Origin: Candidatus Bathyarchaeota archaeon
Lineage (GTDB): Archaea > Thermoproteota > Bathyarchaeia > 40CM-2-53-6 > RBG-13-38-9
DNA: 64,000 nucleotides
Direction of reading: 5' to 3'
Assembly: GCA_963807605.1 (NCBI GenBank)
Contig: CAWECG010000001.1
Location: 96,001-160,000 of the forward strand
Below the pieces are notes generated by a model. That model did not search any database. It had not been told where the DNA came from and saw only the letters and a list, made by a program, of their open reading frames with translations. Of this stretch, positions 20,315 to 30,386 are shown piece by piece; position 1 is the first letter of the stretch; every line of letters begins with the position of its first letter. Made by a program: the position numbers and the translations under genes.

Positions 20315-21568
20315 ATGGATGGCTCGGCGGTAATCGAGAACGTTAAGGCGAGAAGAATCTTCGATAGCAGAGGCAATGAAGCCATCGAAGTTGACGTCAT
20401 AACTAGGAAGAGCATAGGCAGATCATCCGCACCTTCCGGGGCCAGCAAAGGAAGATGGGAAGTCAAATCCTACCCAACTGGCGGTGTTATTCAAGCGATC
20501 AAGATGGTAGAAGACATTGCTGCTCCAAGGCTAACAGGCGTAGCGGTTGATAATCCCAAACAGGTAGACGCCAAGCTCCATCAGATAGATGAATCGCGAG
20601 ATTTCGCTAAGCTCGGAGGAAATACCGCCTACGCCATCTCTATCGCGTCGGCTATGGCGGGTGCAGCTTCAAAGGGAATTCACTTATTCAAACACTTGGC
20701 TGAAACATCAACTTTTGCCCTCCCTTATCCGCTTGGGAATGTAATCGGCGGAGGTCTCCATGCGAAAGGAGAAAGGACCGACATTCAGGAATTTCTAGTC
20801 CTGCCTGCAAGCTCAAGAAACTTTGCTGAGGCAGCTTCAGCCAACATAAGAGTACACAGAGAGGTTGCCGGCCTAATTGAAGATGAAGGGGTTAAGCTAG
20901 CGGGAAGAGGTGACGAGGGCGCTTGGGTAGTGCCCCTAAAGACCGAACAGGTGTTGGAGATACTGTCGAAGGCTTGCAGTCGTATCGCAGACGAGACCGG
21001 CGTAAAACTGGGAATTGGTCTCGACGTGGCATCCTCAACGATATGGAATGAAAAAGATGGGGTATACGCCTACCAGAGAGACAAGAGGCGATTGGACACC
21101 GGCGACCAGATCGACTTCATAGTTAATCTTGTCAGGGACTACAAGCTTGTTTATGTGGAGGATCCTCTCGATGAGGAATCGTTTCAATCATTTTCGGAAT
21201 TGACGGCCAAAGTTCGTGGCACCCTGATTTGCGGAGACGATCTGTTCACCACAAACATCGAACGTTTGAAAAGAGGCATAAAAGAAAAGGCTGGAAACGC
21301 TATTATAATAAAGCCAAATCAGGTAGGAACCATCACCGATGCTTTTGCTACTGCCAAACTGGCAAAGGAAGCAAATTACACCTGCGTAGTCTCTCATCGT
21401 TCAGGAGAGAGTTGCGGGCACGAGATTGCACATATTGCCCTCGCACTTAACGCTCCAGTCATCAAGGCTGGCGTGCTGGGCGGGGAACGAATTGCCAAGA
21501 TAAATGAGTTAATAAGGATAGAGGAAGTTCTTGGTGAACAGGCTAGGATGGCCGATACAAGAATATAG
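20315..21568 (+). CDS. eno: Enolase
   Basis: DSRGN, APSGAS, GDEG, VEDP, GDDLFTTN, IKPNQ and SHRSGE motifs. Confidence 0.96.
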   Translation: MDGSAVIENVKARRIFDSRGNEAIEVDVITRKSIGRSSAPSGASKGRWEVKSYPTGGVIQAIKMVEDIAAPRLTGVAVDNPKQVDAKLHQIDESRDFAKLGGNTAYAISIASAMAGAASKGIHLFKHLAETSTFALPYPLGNVIGGGLHAKGERTDIQEFLVLPASSRNFAEAASANIRVHREVAGLIEDEGVKLAGRGDEGAWVVPLKTEQVLEILSKACSRIADETGVKLGIGLDVASSTIWNEKDGVYAYQRDKRRLDTGDQIDFIVNLVRDYKLVYVEDPLDEESFQSFSELTAKVRGTLICGDDLFTTNIERLKRGIKEKAGNAIIIKPNQVGTITDAFATAKLAKEANYTCVVSHRSGESCGHEIAHIALALNAPVIKAGVLGGERIAKINELIRIEEVLGEQARMADTRI

Positions 21569-21576
21569 GTGTCAAG

Positions 21577-22239
21577 ATGAGCGCAATAGAAAAGGAAGAG
21601 ATACCGAAGGCTGATGACCTCCTTCAACCTTTGGAGGAGCTTCTCGCAGCAGGCCTCCACATAGGAACACGGGTAAAGACAGGTGATATGGAGAAGCACA
21701 TCTTCCGCGTCAGACCTGATGGGCTTTTCATACTGAATATAGGCAAGACTGATGAACGGATTAGATTAGCCTCTAAGTTCATAAGCAGATTCGACTCCTC
21801 ACGGGTGGTCGTTGTCTCGTCAAGACTCTACGGCAGGACGCCCGTGGAGAAATTCTGCGAGTTGACGAGATGTATGCCTATTGTTGGCAGGTTTATGCCT
21901 GGGTTGATCTCAAATCCTCTCCAACCCAAACACACCGAGCCTCAACTTGTAATTGTAACAGACCCAAGGGCTGACTTTCAAGCAATAAAGGAAGCCTCGG
22001 TAGCAGGAGTTCCAGTAATTGCTCTTTGCGACACGGACAATGCGTTGAGCGGCGTCGACCTAGCCATTCCAGTTAATAACAAGGGAAGAAAATCCTTAGC
22101 CATGGTATTTTGGCTACTCGCTAGGCAGGTTCTTCGCGACAGAGGGGAGATACCGGCTGACGGTGGAGTCACTCAGACGGTAGATGACTTCGAAACCAAG
22201 CTTACCGCGATAACGCCCAAGTACGGCGTTGAGGATTGA
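21577..22239 (+). CDS. rps2: 30S ribosomal protein S2
   Basis: AGLHIGT, GRFMPG, TDPRAD and IPVNNKG motifs. Confidence 0.97.
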   Translation: MSAIEKEEIPKADDLLQPLEELLAAGLHIGTRVKTGDMEKHIFRVRPDGLFILNIGKTDERIRLASKFISRFDSSRVVVVSSRLYGRTPVEKFCELTRCMPIVGRFMPGLISNPLQPKHTEPQLVIVTDPRADFQAIKEASVAGVPVIALCDTDNALSGVDLAIPVNNKGRKSLAMVFWLLARQVLRDRGEIPADGGVTQTVDDFETKLTAITPKYGVED

Positions 22240-23084
22240 ATATACGCAGGCCTGCGCAAGCAGGAGTATTCTACGCTGGCTCAGCCAGTTCTCTCAGAAA
22301 GGAGATCGAAGGCTGCTTTGAGCATAAATTTGGACCTGGGAGACTGCCCGAAAAACGACAGAATGATTTGACCCAGATAGTGGCGTTAGTCTGCCCACAC
22401 GCAGGCTACGAATACTCCGGCCCGGTCGCGGCTGCAGCGTACTCGGAGCTCGCGAAGCATGGCAAGCCGAAGAAGATAGTTATCATTGGTCCGAACCACA
22501 CAGGGATGGGAAGCGGCATCTCCCTGATGAATGAAGGCAGATGGGAAACACCCCTAGGTGAGGTCCAGATCGACTTGGAGCTAGCAGATGCGATCTTAGA
22601 AAACGCTCCAATAATCGATATGGATTATGAAGCCCATGCTCACGAGCACTCTGTTGAGGTTCAGCTACCGTTCCTTCAATACCTCTACGGGAACTCCTTC
22701 AAATTCGTACCCATCTGTATGATGATCCAAGACCTTCAAACCGGACGAGAAGTGGGTGAAGCAATAGCCAAAGTAGCCCACGAACCCGCAAGTCTTGTGG
22801 TCGCCTCATCTGACATGACACACTACGAGCCTCATGATGTCGCAAGTGAGAAGGACAGAAAAGCTATTCGGGCCATTGAAAAACTGGATGAAGTAGCATT
22901 GGAAGGAATTGTAGAGTCTGACTCGATCTCTATCTGTGGGATAGGCCCAATAATCGCTGCTATAGCATACTCTAAAAAGCGTGGAGCTACAGCAGGAAAA
23001 CTGCTCTCCTATAAGACAAGTGGAGATATTTCAGGAGACTATTCTTCTGTCGTAGGTTACGCGTCGATCTCCTTTTCAACGTAG
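22236..23084 (+). CDS. MEMO1 family protein (AmmeMemoRadiSam protein B)
   Basis: RRPAQAGVFY, PHAGYEYSG, GPNH, EHSVEVQLPFLQ and SSDMTHY motifs. Confidence 0.93.
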   Translation: MNIRRPAQAGVFYAGSASSLRKEIEGCFEHKFGPGRLPEKRQNDLTQIVALVCPHAGYEYSGPVAAAAYSELAKHGKPKKIVIIGPNHTGMGSGISLMNEGRWETPLGEVQIDLELADAILENAPIIDMDYEAHAHEHSVEVQLPFLQYLYGNSFKFVPICMMIQDLQTGREVGEAIAKVAHEPASLVVASSDMTHYEPHDVASEKDRKAIRAIEKLDEVALEGIVESDSISICGIGPIIAAIAYSKKRGATAGKLLSYKTSGDISGDYSSVVGYASISFST

Positions 23085-23109
23085 CCTCGACCAAGTGTGA
23101 CGCTTAGAA

Positions 23110-24090
23110 TTGGTAATCACCTACGCTCCCGCCAAGGTCATAATAACAGGAGAGCACTTTGTAGTCCATGGACAACCAGCTCTGTCTGCGGCAGTCAGCC
23201 TTTATTCAAGAGTGGCTGTTGATGCAGGTACGACAGGCACTATCAAGATATCATCTCCAAACCTCGGAGTCAGCGATATATTTTCAACGGCGCAGATTGG
23301 CGACAAAGACCTTTCGACTTCAGCAAGGTCAACCCTTGAGCCCTTAAGGCGTGTTGTAATGGCTGTGTTGGAAAGAGCTATGCGAACAGATCAGGGCTTA
23401 GTGGTTGAAGTCACCTCCCACATACCAGTGGGGGTCGGCCTAGGGTCGTCAGCATCCACGGCGGTTTCAACTGCCTTCGCCGTGGCTAGGTTTCTAGATC
23501 TCAGAATCGACAGGAGTGAGGTCTGTGAACTCGCTTCCGTTCAAGAGCAAATCATACACAAGAAGCCTTCAGGAATCGATTCTACTACAGCCGCCCGTGG
23601 AGGCGTCATTCTATTCAAGATCGGAGAGTCGCCAGCGAGTCTCCCACAGCGCGATCAGTTCAGAATAGTCGTAGGGAATACCGGAAAGGAAAGATCAACA
23701 GGAGACCTCGTGAGTGCAATAACTAGACGAGTAGAAGTAGGCGACAAGGATCTTGCCAGAATTAGTGAGGCAGCGGGAATGCTAACACATGAAGCAGTGC
23801 ACGCCTACGAGAAAGGAGATTTTCATAGGCTGGGTGAATTAATGGATGCCAATCATGAACTGCTAGTGAAAATAGGTGTCTCTACCCCTCAACTTGACAG
23901 ACTGGTAAAGGTCGCCAAAAGTGCCGGCGCACTAGGGGCAAAATTGACAGGAGCCGGTGGCGGAGGCTGCATGATAGCTCTCTCTCGACCTGAAGACTCC
24001 ACAAAGATTGCAGAGGCTATAGCTGATGCTGGAGCCAAGCCTTATCTAGTTGGTATAGACTGGTCGGGTGTTCGAGAACTATCCCAATGA
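23110..24090 (+). CDS. mvk: Mevalonate kinase
   Basis: PAKVIITGEHFVVHG, PVGVGLGSSA, PSGID and KLTGAGGGG motifs. Confidence 0.95.
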   Translation: MVITYAPAKVIITGEHFVVHGQPALSAAVSLYSRVAVDAGTTGTIKISSPNLGVSDIFSTAQIGDKDLSTSARSTLEPLRRVVMAVLERAMRTDQGLVVEVTSHIPVGVGLGSSASTAVSTAFAVARFLDLRIDRSEVCELASVQEQIIHKKPSGIDSTTAARGGVILFKIGESPASLPQRDQFRIVVGNTGKERSTGDLVSAITRRVEVGDKDLARISEAAGMLTHEAVHAYEKGDFHRLGELMDANHELLVKIGVSTPQLDRLVKVAKSAGALGAKLTGAGGGGCMIALSRPEDSTKIAEAIADAGAKPYLVGIDWSGVRELSQ

Positions 24091-24174
24091 ACAGAAAGAT
24101 AGGTGCCGATAAGACCCACCTCTCAACTTGGCGCTGACCTCCAAGCTACACCCGAATGTACGGTAAGAGCAGAA

Positions 24175-25272
24175 ATGTCGAAGAAGATCGAAAGCAGGAA
24201 GAAGGGTCACCTAGAGATATCCTTGAAAGAGAAGGTAGAGGCGTTTATCAGCGCCGGATTTGAAGACGTGATAATGATACATCGAGCCCTTCCAGAGATC
24301 GCCAGATCCGACATAGATACATCAGTGAAGCTCTTCGGTCACACTCTGGGTGCTCCACTCATACTGGAACCTATGACCGGCGGAGTAACCGAAGCGACCA
24401 AGATAAACAGACTCTTGGGGAAATGCGCCCAACGATACGGACTTGCAGTAGGCGTTGGAAGTCAACGAGCTGCGATAGAGAACCCTAAATTGACGAGGAC
24501 CTACAGCATAGTCAGAGAAAATGCGGCAAACGCATTTGTCTTCGCAAATCTCGGGTGTCCGCAGTTTGCAGCCGGCTACGGGGTCGAGGAAGCTGAGGCG
24601 GCTGTCGAGATGGTTAAAGCCGATGCAATCATGATTCATTCCAATCCGCTTCAGGAATCGATTCAGATAGAGGGAGAACCAGACTTCAGAAGAGTCCTGT
24701 CAAAGTTGGGAGAGCTAACTTCAGCGCTCAAGGTTCCCGTAGTAATCAAAGAGACTGGATCGGGAATCTCAGGTGAGGTTGCATCCCAAATTGAAAGAGC
24801 AGGCGCCAAAGGGATTGACGTTGCCGGCACAGGAGGAACTAGCTGGGCGGCAGTCGAATTCTTTAGAGCAATCAAGAGTGGAGACCAACTACAACAGGCA
24901 CTTGGACGAACTTTCCGAGACTGGGGGATACCTACGTGTGTGAGCATAGTAGAAGCCTCAAGATCGACCAATCTGACAGTAATTGCCTCAGGGGGTCTGA
25001 GAACCGGACTTGATATTGCAAAGTCAATAGCGCTGGGCGCCACCGCTGGAGGAGTAGCCCTCCCTATGCTCAAGGCAGCATCACGCGGCGACAGACACCT
25101 AAATGAGATGGCGGAGACGCTCATCGAAGAGTTGAGAACAGCGATGTTCCTAGTTGGAGCAAGAAATATCGGTGAACTAAGAAAGGTGCCACTTATCCTA
25201 AGCGGAAGGACAGCTCACTGGTTGAATGAACGGGGATACGAGACCAGCGATTATGCACGAAGAAGAACCTAG
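24175..25272 (+). CDS. fni: Type 2 isopentenyl-diphosphate isomerase
   Basis: RKKGH, MTGG, GSQR, NPLQE, KETG and GGTSWA motifs. Confidence 0.95.
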   Translation: MSKKIESRKKGHLEISLKEKVEAFISAGFEDVIMIHRALPEIARSDIDTSVKLFGHTLGAPLILEPMTGGVTEATKINRLLGKCAQRYGLAVGVGSQRAAIENPKLTRTYSIVRENAANAFVFANLGCPQFAAGYGVEEAEAAVEMVKADAIMIHSNPLQESIQIEGEPDFRRVLSKLGELTSALKVPVVIKETGSGISGEVASQIERAGAKGIDVAGTGGTSWAAVEFFRAIKSGDQLQQALGRTFRDWGIPTCVSIVEASRSTNLTVIASGGLRTGLDIAKSIALGATAGGVALPMLKAASRGDRHLNEMAETLIEELRTAMFLVGARNIGELRKVPLILSGRTAHWLNERGYETSDYARRRT

Positions 25273-25363
25273 CCAGTGAACTGAGATCCTTGCTTCTGTC
25301 AGCGTTTTCTATCTCATTTATTAATCGCCACCGATCCATAGGGAAATTGGCGGGAAGACGGTT

Positions 25364-26632
25364 ATGAGAACTTCACAGCTTGCAGGATTCTACAAGCTCT
25401 CTCCAGCTGAACGGTTGAAACTCCTTGAAGAATTTGCTGATCTGGCTGGAGATGAAGCACAAACCCTTCAATCCACAGGCTCACTCGACATTAATGTTGC
25501 AAACCGGATGATTGAAAATGTCGTCGGAGTCACTCCCGTGCCTCTAGGTATCGCCACAAATTTTCTCATAAATGGAAGGGATTACCTTATTCCGATGGCG
25601 ATCGAAGAACCTTCTGTTGTAGCTGCAGCGAGCAATGCCGCAAAGATTGCTAGGCCGAAAGGTGGATTCACCGCGAGCAGTGCTCAACCCGTGATGATCG
25701 GTCAAATACAGGTCCTCAACATTCCCGATCCCCACGGGGCAAGAATGGTCCTACTCTCTCGTAAGGAGGAGATCTTGACTAAAGCGAACGAACAAGACCC
25801 GATCTTGGTATCGAAGGGTGGCGGGGCAAAAGACCTTCGATGTAAGGTTCTCAACACGATTGTCGGACAAATGGTCGTTGTTGAGCTTCTAGTAGACTGC
25901 AAAGATGCAATGGGTGCCAATGCTGTCAACACCATGGCCGAAGCTGTAGCTCCAACGGTTGAAGAGCTGACTGAAGGAAAAGTAAACCTCAGGATCATCT
26001 CCAACTTGGCAACAGAGAGGCTTGCGCGTGCAAAAGCAACCTTCTCAAAGTCTGCACTTGGAGGTGAGCAGGTTGTAGATGGCGTAGTAAACGCCTACGC
26101 GTTCGCATTAGCAGATCCATATCGTTGCGCGACTCACAACAAGGGAATAATGAACGGAATTTCGGCAGTTGTATTGGCGACCGGAAACGATACTAGAGCT
26201 GTCGAGGCAGGTGCGCACAGCTACGCAGCGCTACACGGCGGCTATACCCCGCTTAGTACGTGGGAGAAGAACCATGAGGGAGACCTTGTCGGTACTATCG
26301 AGATGCCCATGGCGGTCGGACTTATTGGAGGCGCGACAGCCACAAACCCTGTAGCGAAGATCGCTGTCAAGATCCTAGGTGTAAGGACAGCGGCCGAACT
26401 TGCCCAAGTTGTTGTGTCCGTTGGTCTTGCACAGAACCTCGCCGCTCTGAGAGCGCTAGCGACTGAAGGAATACAGAGAGGCCATATGACTCTCCATGCA
26501 AGAAACATAGCTTCGATGGCGGGCGCTACCGGCGAGATGATAGACGCGGTCTCCGAGATCATGGTCAAGGAGAGACGGGTCAGAATGGACAGAGCCAAGG
26601 AAATCCTTGAAGAAATAACACGCAAGAAGTGA
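25364..26632 (+). CDS. hmgA: HMG-CoA reductase, class II
   Basis: ENVVG, EEPSVVAA, DAMGAN, THNKGIMNG, GNDTRAVEA and EGIQRGHM (class II signatures). Confidence 0.93.
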   Translation: MRTSQLAGFYKLSPAERLKLLEEFADLAGDEAQTLQSTGSLDINVANRMIENVVGVTPVPLGIATNFLINGRDYLIPMAIEEPSVVAAASNAAKIARPKGGFTASSAQPVMIGQIQVLNIPDPHGARMVLLSRKEEILTKANEQDPILVSKGGGAKDLRCKVLNTIVGQMVVVELLVDCKDAMGANAVNTMAEAVAPTVEELTEGKVNLRIISNLATERLARAKATFSKSALGGEQVVDGVVNAYAFALADPYRCATHNKGIMNGISAVVLATGNDTRAVEAGAHSYAALHGGYTPLSTWEKNHEGDLVGTIEMPMAVGLIGGATATNPVAKIAVKILGVRTAAELAQVVVSVGLAQNLAALRALATEGIQRGHMTLHARNIASMAGATGEMIDAVSEIMVKERRVRMDRAKEILEEITRKK

Positions 26633-26662
26633 CACTCATATTTGTTATGAAGCTAACCGGCT

Positions 26663-27508
26663 TCACATGTCTCCAACAATGCCCGCTACAAAAGCAAGCA
26701 GACCGAAGCACATCCAGATCAAGACCCTGTTCTTCGATAGTCTGGCGTTACGTTGGTCATATCTTCTAATCAATGAGAAGCTGGAAGTGACGAATCCTAT
26801 GTCAGAGACTGCGACCGGTGGGATGTATCCTATTTTGACCAGTCCCAGCGCTGGTGGTGCGAAACTCATGCTAACTGCGGCCAGGTAAAGCACTGCAGCT
26901 AGCCGAGAGGCGGTTTTGGGACCGTAGACAACAGCAATTGTATTGACCTTTCTTGAACGATCCCCTTCCACATCCACTATGCCCTTCGTCACCTCCCTGC
27001 CGAGATTGGCCGTGAAAGAGTTCAAGGCGAAGAGGATGAGAAGGGGAGCCATCTTTCCTACAACTGCTCCGCCAAATATGAAAGGAAGGCCGATGCATAC
27101 GCTTACAAGCACATTCCCGAAGAAGCCTGTCCTCTTCCCGCGGGTGTTGTAGTAGATCATTAGAGAAAGTGCGAAGGCAGCTATTATCCAGCTACTCACA
27201 TTAAGCCATGCCGCAGTCGCTAAGCCGACTGAACAGGCAATCAAACTTATGGCTAAAACCTCTCGCGAGGTGAGAGTTCCAGATGGCAGCGGCCTTCTTG
27301 GACTATTGATCCTATCTATTTCAAGATCGTAGTAATCATTCATCGCCATTGTTCCGGCCATCAAGAAAAAGCCGGTTAGGAAACCTAAAGCAGAGCTGCC
27401 CAACTGAGGGGCTTCCGCCAGCGCGATGACTTCTCCGATAATTACTGCAAGGCCCATCATGACGCAGTTGATTGGCCTGATTATTTTGAGAGCGGCGATT
27501 GACTTCAA
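26663..27508 (-). CDS. Digeranylgeranylglyceryl phosphate synthase (UbiA family)
   Basis: IRPINC, NDYYDLEIDRINSPRRPLPSG and REVTKGIVDVEGD motifs; probable TTG start at 27508. Confidence 0.9.
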   Translation of the reverse strand: MKSIAALKIIRPINCVMMGLAVIIGEVIALAEAPQLGSSALGFLTGFFLMAGTMAMNDYYDLEIDRINSPRRPLPSGTLTSREVLAISLIACSVGLATAAWLNVSSWIIAAFALSLMIYYNTRGKRTGFFGNVLVSVCIGLPFIFGGAVVGKMAPLLILFALNSFTANLGREVTKGIVDVEGDRSRKVNTIAVVYGPKTASRLAAVLYLAAVSMSFAPPALGLVKIGYIPPVAVSDIGFVTSSFSLIRRYDQRNARLSKNRVLIWMCFGLLAFVAGIVGDM

Positions 27509-27760
27509 GAACCATGTCCTATCAGAAATAGGAATAAGTGGTGGCTTGGCCAATGTTTGGATGCAACCTAGTGCTGGCTTGAATAAAGTATCAATGGCTC
27601 TATAAGACTGATCCATCAGGTATTCGACACAGTTGTTCCAAATGATGGCAATTCTGCCTGAATGGATCGGGAAACAGATAAATGGGTTGAGTCTATGTGA
27701 GCAGGTTCATATGATTATGGATGGTGATTCAACGGTTGAGTTTCTGGAATTCTAATAAGT

Positions 27761-28537
27761 GTGAAGACGTCAATAATTGGTGAATCATCAATGATAGGCA
27801 AGACTGAAAAGCGTCTCATGGATGCCGTTGCGACAAACGGTACTATTCATCTATCTTTGATAGATCCCCAAAACCTCACGTCGGAAGCGGCAGGGGAGCT
27901 CGCAATCAAACTCCATGATTTAGGATCCTCTGGGATTATAGTTGGGGGAAGCACTGTTGTCTCTCAACGCGAACTCGATCAAGTTGTGAAAGAGATTAAG
28001 AAAAAGACAAATCTTCCAACGATTCTTTTTCCGAATGGCATAACGGGGATTAGTGAGTATGCGGATGCTATATTCTTTTCAACATTGATGAACTCCTTCA
28101 ATCCCTACTATATAATGGGCGTCCAAGCGCTCGGTGCTCCCTTGGTAAAACGCTACCGCTTGGAGCCAATACCGATGGGATACATAATAGTGGGTTCGGA
28201 TTCAGGCGCAGCAGGATTTGTGGGCCAAGCTTTACCAATACCGCGAGACAAGCCTGAATTGGCATCGATGTATGCGATGGCGGCAGAGTTCCTTGGCATG
28301 CGTTTCGTATATCTTGAGGCTGGCTCAGGATCGGATAGGTCAGTGCCCACAGATATGATCAGACAGGTAAGGAAGTCTACAGGTGTCAAATTGATTGTGG
28401 GGGGAGGAATAAGAACTCCCGAACAAGTACAGGAGATTGCCGGAGCTGGCGCCGACCTTATTGTTACTGGAACAGTAATTGAGCAGTCTTCTATCGAGGA
28501 TACTGGAAAACTCATTGCAAGCCTTCGCAGACGCTAA
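27761..28537 (+). CDS. Geranylgeranylglyceryl phosphate synthase (group II)
   Basis: LIDP, VGGS, ILFP, YLEAGSGS, VGGGIR and IVTGT motifs. Confidence 0.93.
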   Translation: MKTSIIGESSMIGKTEKRLMDAVATNGTIHLSLIDPQNLTSEAAGELAIKLHDLGSSGIIVGGSTVVSQRELDQVVKEIKKKTNLPTILFPNGITGISEYADAIFFSTLMNSFNPYYIMGVQALGAPLVKRYRLEPIPMGYIIVGSDSGAAGFVGQALPIPRDKPELASMYAMAAEFLGMRFVYLEAGSGSDRSVPTDMIRQVRKSTGVKLIVGGGIRTPEQVQEIAGAGADLIVTGTVIEQSSIEDTGKLIASLRRR

Positions 28538-28592
28538 ACGGGCTCCGAGGCCATTCTTCTTGCATCATCGCAGCTTTTTGTTTACAAGCAAG

Positions 28593-30374
28593 ATGCTACC
28601 TTACTATAAGCTTGTTCGCTCTCTAACCTTTCCGTCGACATCAAAAATCCTCAGTCTTCTTTTTGGTGTCAGCCTAGTTGGGTCTGTGTTAGCATTTACT
28701 CTGGCGGGTAGGAGTTGGGAGGCCGCCGCCCAAGGTTTGGCCTTTGGTTTCATTGTGCTCTTTTTGCCCGCAATCATCACAGATGCGATTTCCTCAATAT
28801 TGTTACTTAGAGATGATCCGCTATTCTACCTCCGGAGATGTTTTGCTTTATCGCTATTCTCCTGCGCCTTATGGATACTAATAATGTGCCTCGGAGGAGT
28901 CGTAAGAAACATTTCCACGGGTTTAGATTTCCCACAACAACCTTTCTTCCTAGCATTGTTCACAGTAATGCCGCTTAGATCATTGGCAGTCACTTCGATG
29001 TCATCCAAGAGAATATCTAACAAAATTCTCTTCGCATTCTTTCAGCCTTTTGCATTCTCACTAGCGGCCATCCTCCTCCTAAATTTGGATGTATCCATCT
29101 TTGTGAAGAGCTTCTGTGCTGCTACGGTATTGTCGTTGGTACCCTTGCTTCTGCTCCTGCGATTCATTGAATCTAGAGGCCACAGGATGGTCGGAGCATC
29201 TCCGTTACGTGTCTTTAGAGCATTCTTAGTTGATTGGCTAAGCAGGAAAAATGAGCTGTTCGAGAGCTTCTTGGAGGAAATCGGATCTGAAGGTAAGGTC
29301 GAAATAACATTGATGAAGTTTCATAGAAAAAAGAGTGGCCAACCTAAAGCTTTGATTGCAGTATCTGATTTTCACCCAGGGCCATTTCTAAATGTCGGCA
29401 GCAGCGAACTCCCCTATCTGATCCAGAGAAATCTAGAGAACAAGAAGGGGCTAGTTGTAGCTGTACCTCACGGTATCTCTGGACATGAGCATAATCTAGT
29501 CTCCCAAGCTCAGAATTCTAAAGTCATTTCAGCAATAATCTCGCTTCTTGAAAATTCTGATTTGAGTAGTAATGCATCAGCTTTCAATGGATTTGAGGTC
29601 GGGTCGGCTAAGGTTGGCGCTCAAGTTTTTGGAGAATGCTTGCTGCTTACACTTACCCAATCGCCTAGAGATATGGAAGACATACCATTTCAATTAGGAA
29701 AGGATCTCGAACAACTTGCCAAAAAGAGATTCAAATATGTAGCGATAGTCGACTCGCACAACTCTATAGCTGAAGCCAGAATGTTTACTGAACAGGAAAT
29801 CGAGAATCTGAGATCAGCCGCATCTCAAGCCATCGAATCTCTTGCTGCGTCAAGAACTGACACGTTTGAAATGGGCGCTGCAAAGAGCATCCTTAGAGGA
29901 TTCGGCCCTGAGGATGGAATAGGCCCGGGGGGTATTATCGCATTTGTATTCAAGACCTCGGATCGACTCACCGCGTATGTGACTGTAGATGCAAACAATA
30001 TGGCTCCTGGCTTGAGGGAGAAGATCATTTCCTCTTTGAAAAGTATCGGCATCACAGGTGGCGAGATAATGACTACTGACACTCACGTCGTCAATGGTCT
30101 TGTGCCTGCAAGGCTTGGATATCATCCTCTGGGAGACGCTGTAAGCCAAGACATTGTCATCGAAACAATAAGAGAGACAGTCAAGAAGGCTAAGGAGGAT
30201 CTCGAAGAAGCGCGTGTTTCATCGTCCTCGATCATTACAGAGGTAAGAAGTCTAGGCTCGCAGTCTCTTGAAAATTTAATATCCTTCATGTATGGTGTCG
30301 CAAAGCTTGTAGCGACCTACATGGTAATCGTGTTTGCAGTCTCAAACCTTGTAGGCTTGGCACTCGTGCCATAG
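28593..30374 (+). CDS. DUF2070 family membrane protein
   Basis: N-terminal TM helices; HPGPF, HG..H..N, DSHN, DANN and TTDTH motifs; start uncertain. Confidence 0.85.
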   Translation: MLPYYKLVRSLTFPSTSKILSLLFGVSLVGSVLAFTLAGRSWEAAAQGLAFGFIVLFLPAIITDAISSILLLRDDPLFYLRRCFALSLFSCALWILIMCLGGVVRNISTGLDFPQQPFFLALFTVMPLRSLAVTSMSSKRISNKILFAFFQPFAFSLAAILLLNLDVSIFVKSFCAATVLSLVPLLLLLRFIESRGHRMVGASPLRVFRAFLVDWLSRKNELFESFLEEIGSEGKVEITLMKFHRKKSGQPKALIAVSDFHPGPFLNVGSSELPYLIQRNLENKKGLVVAVPHGISGHEHNLVSQAQNSKVISAIISLLENSDLSSNASAFNGFEVGSAKVGAQVFGECLLLTLTQSPRDMEDIPFQLGKDLEQLAKKRFKYVAIVDSHNSIAEARMFTEQEIENLRSAASQAIESLAASRTDTFEMGAAKSILRGFGPEDGIGPGGIIAFVFKTSDRLTAYVTVDANNMAPGLREKIISSLKSIGITGGEIMTTDTHVVNGLVPARLGYHPLGDAVSQDIVIETIRETVKKAKEDLEEARVSSSSIITEVRSLGSQSLENLISFMYGVAKLVATYMVIVFAVSNLVGLALVP

Positions 30375-30386
30375 GAGGTTAGTGTT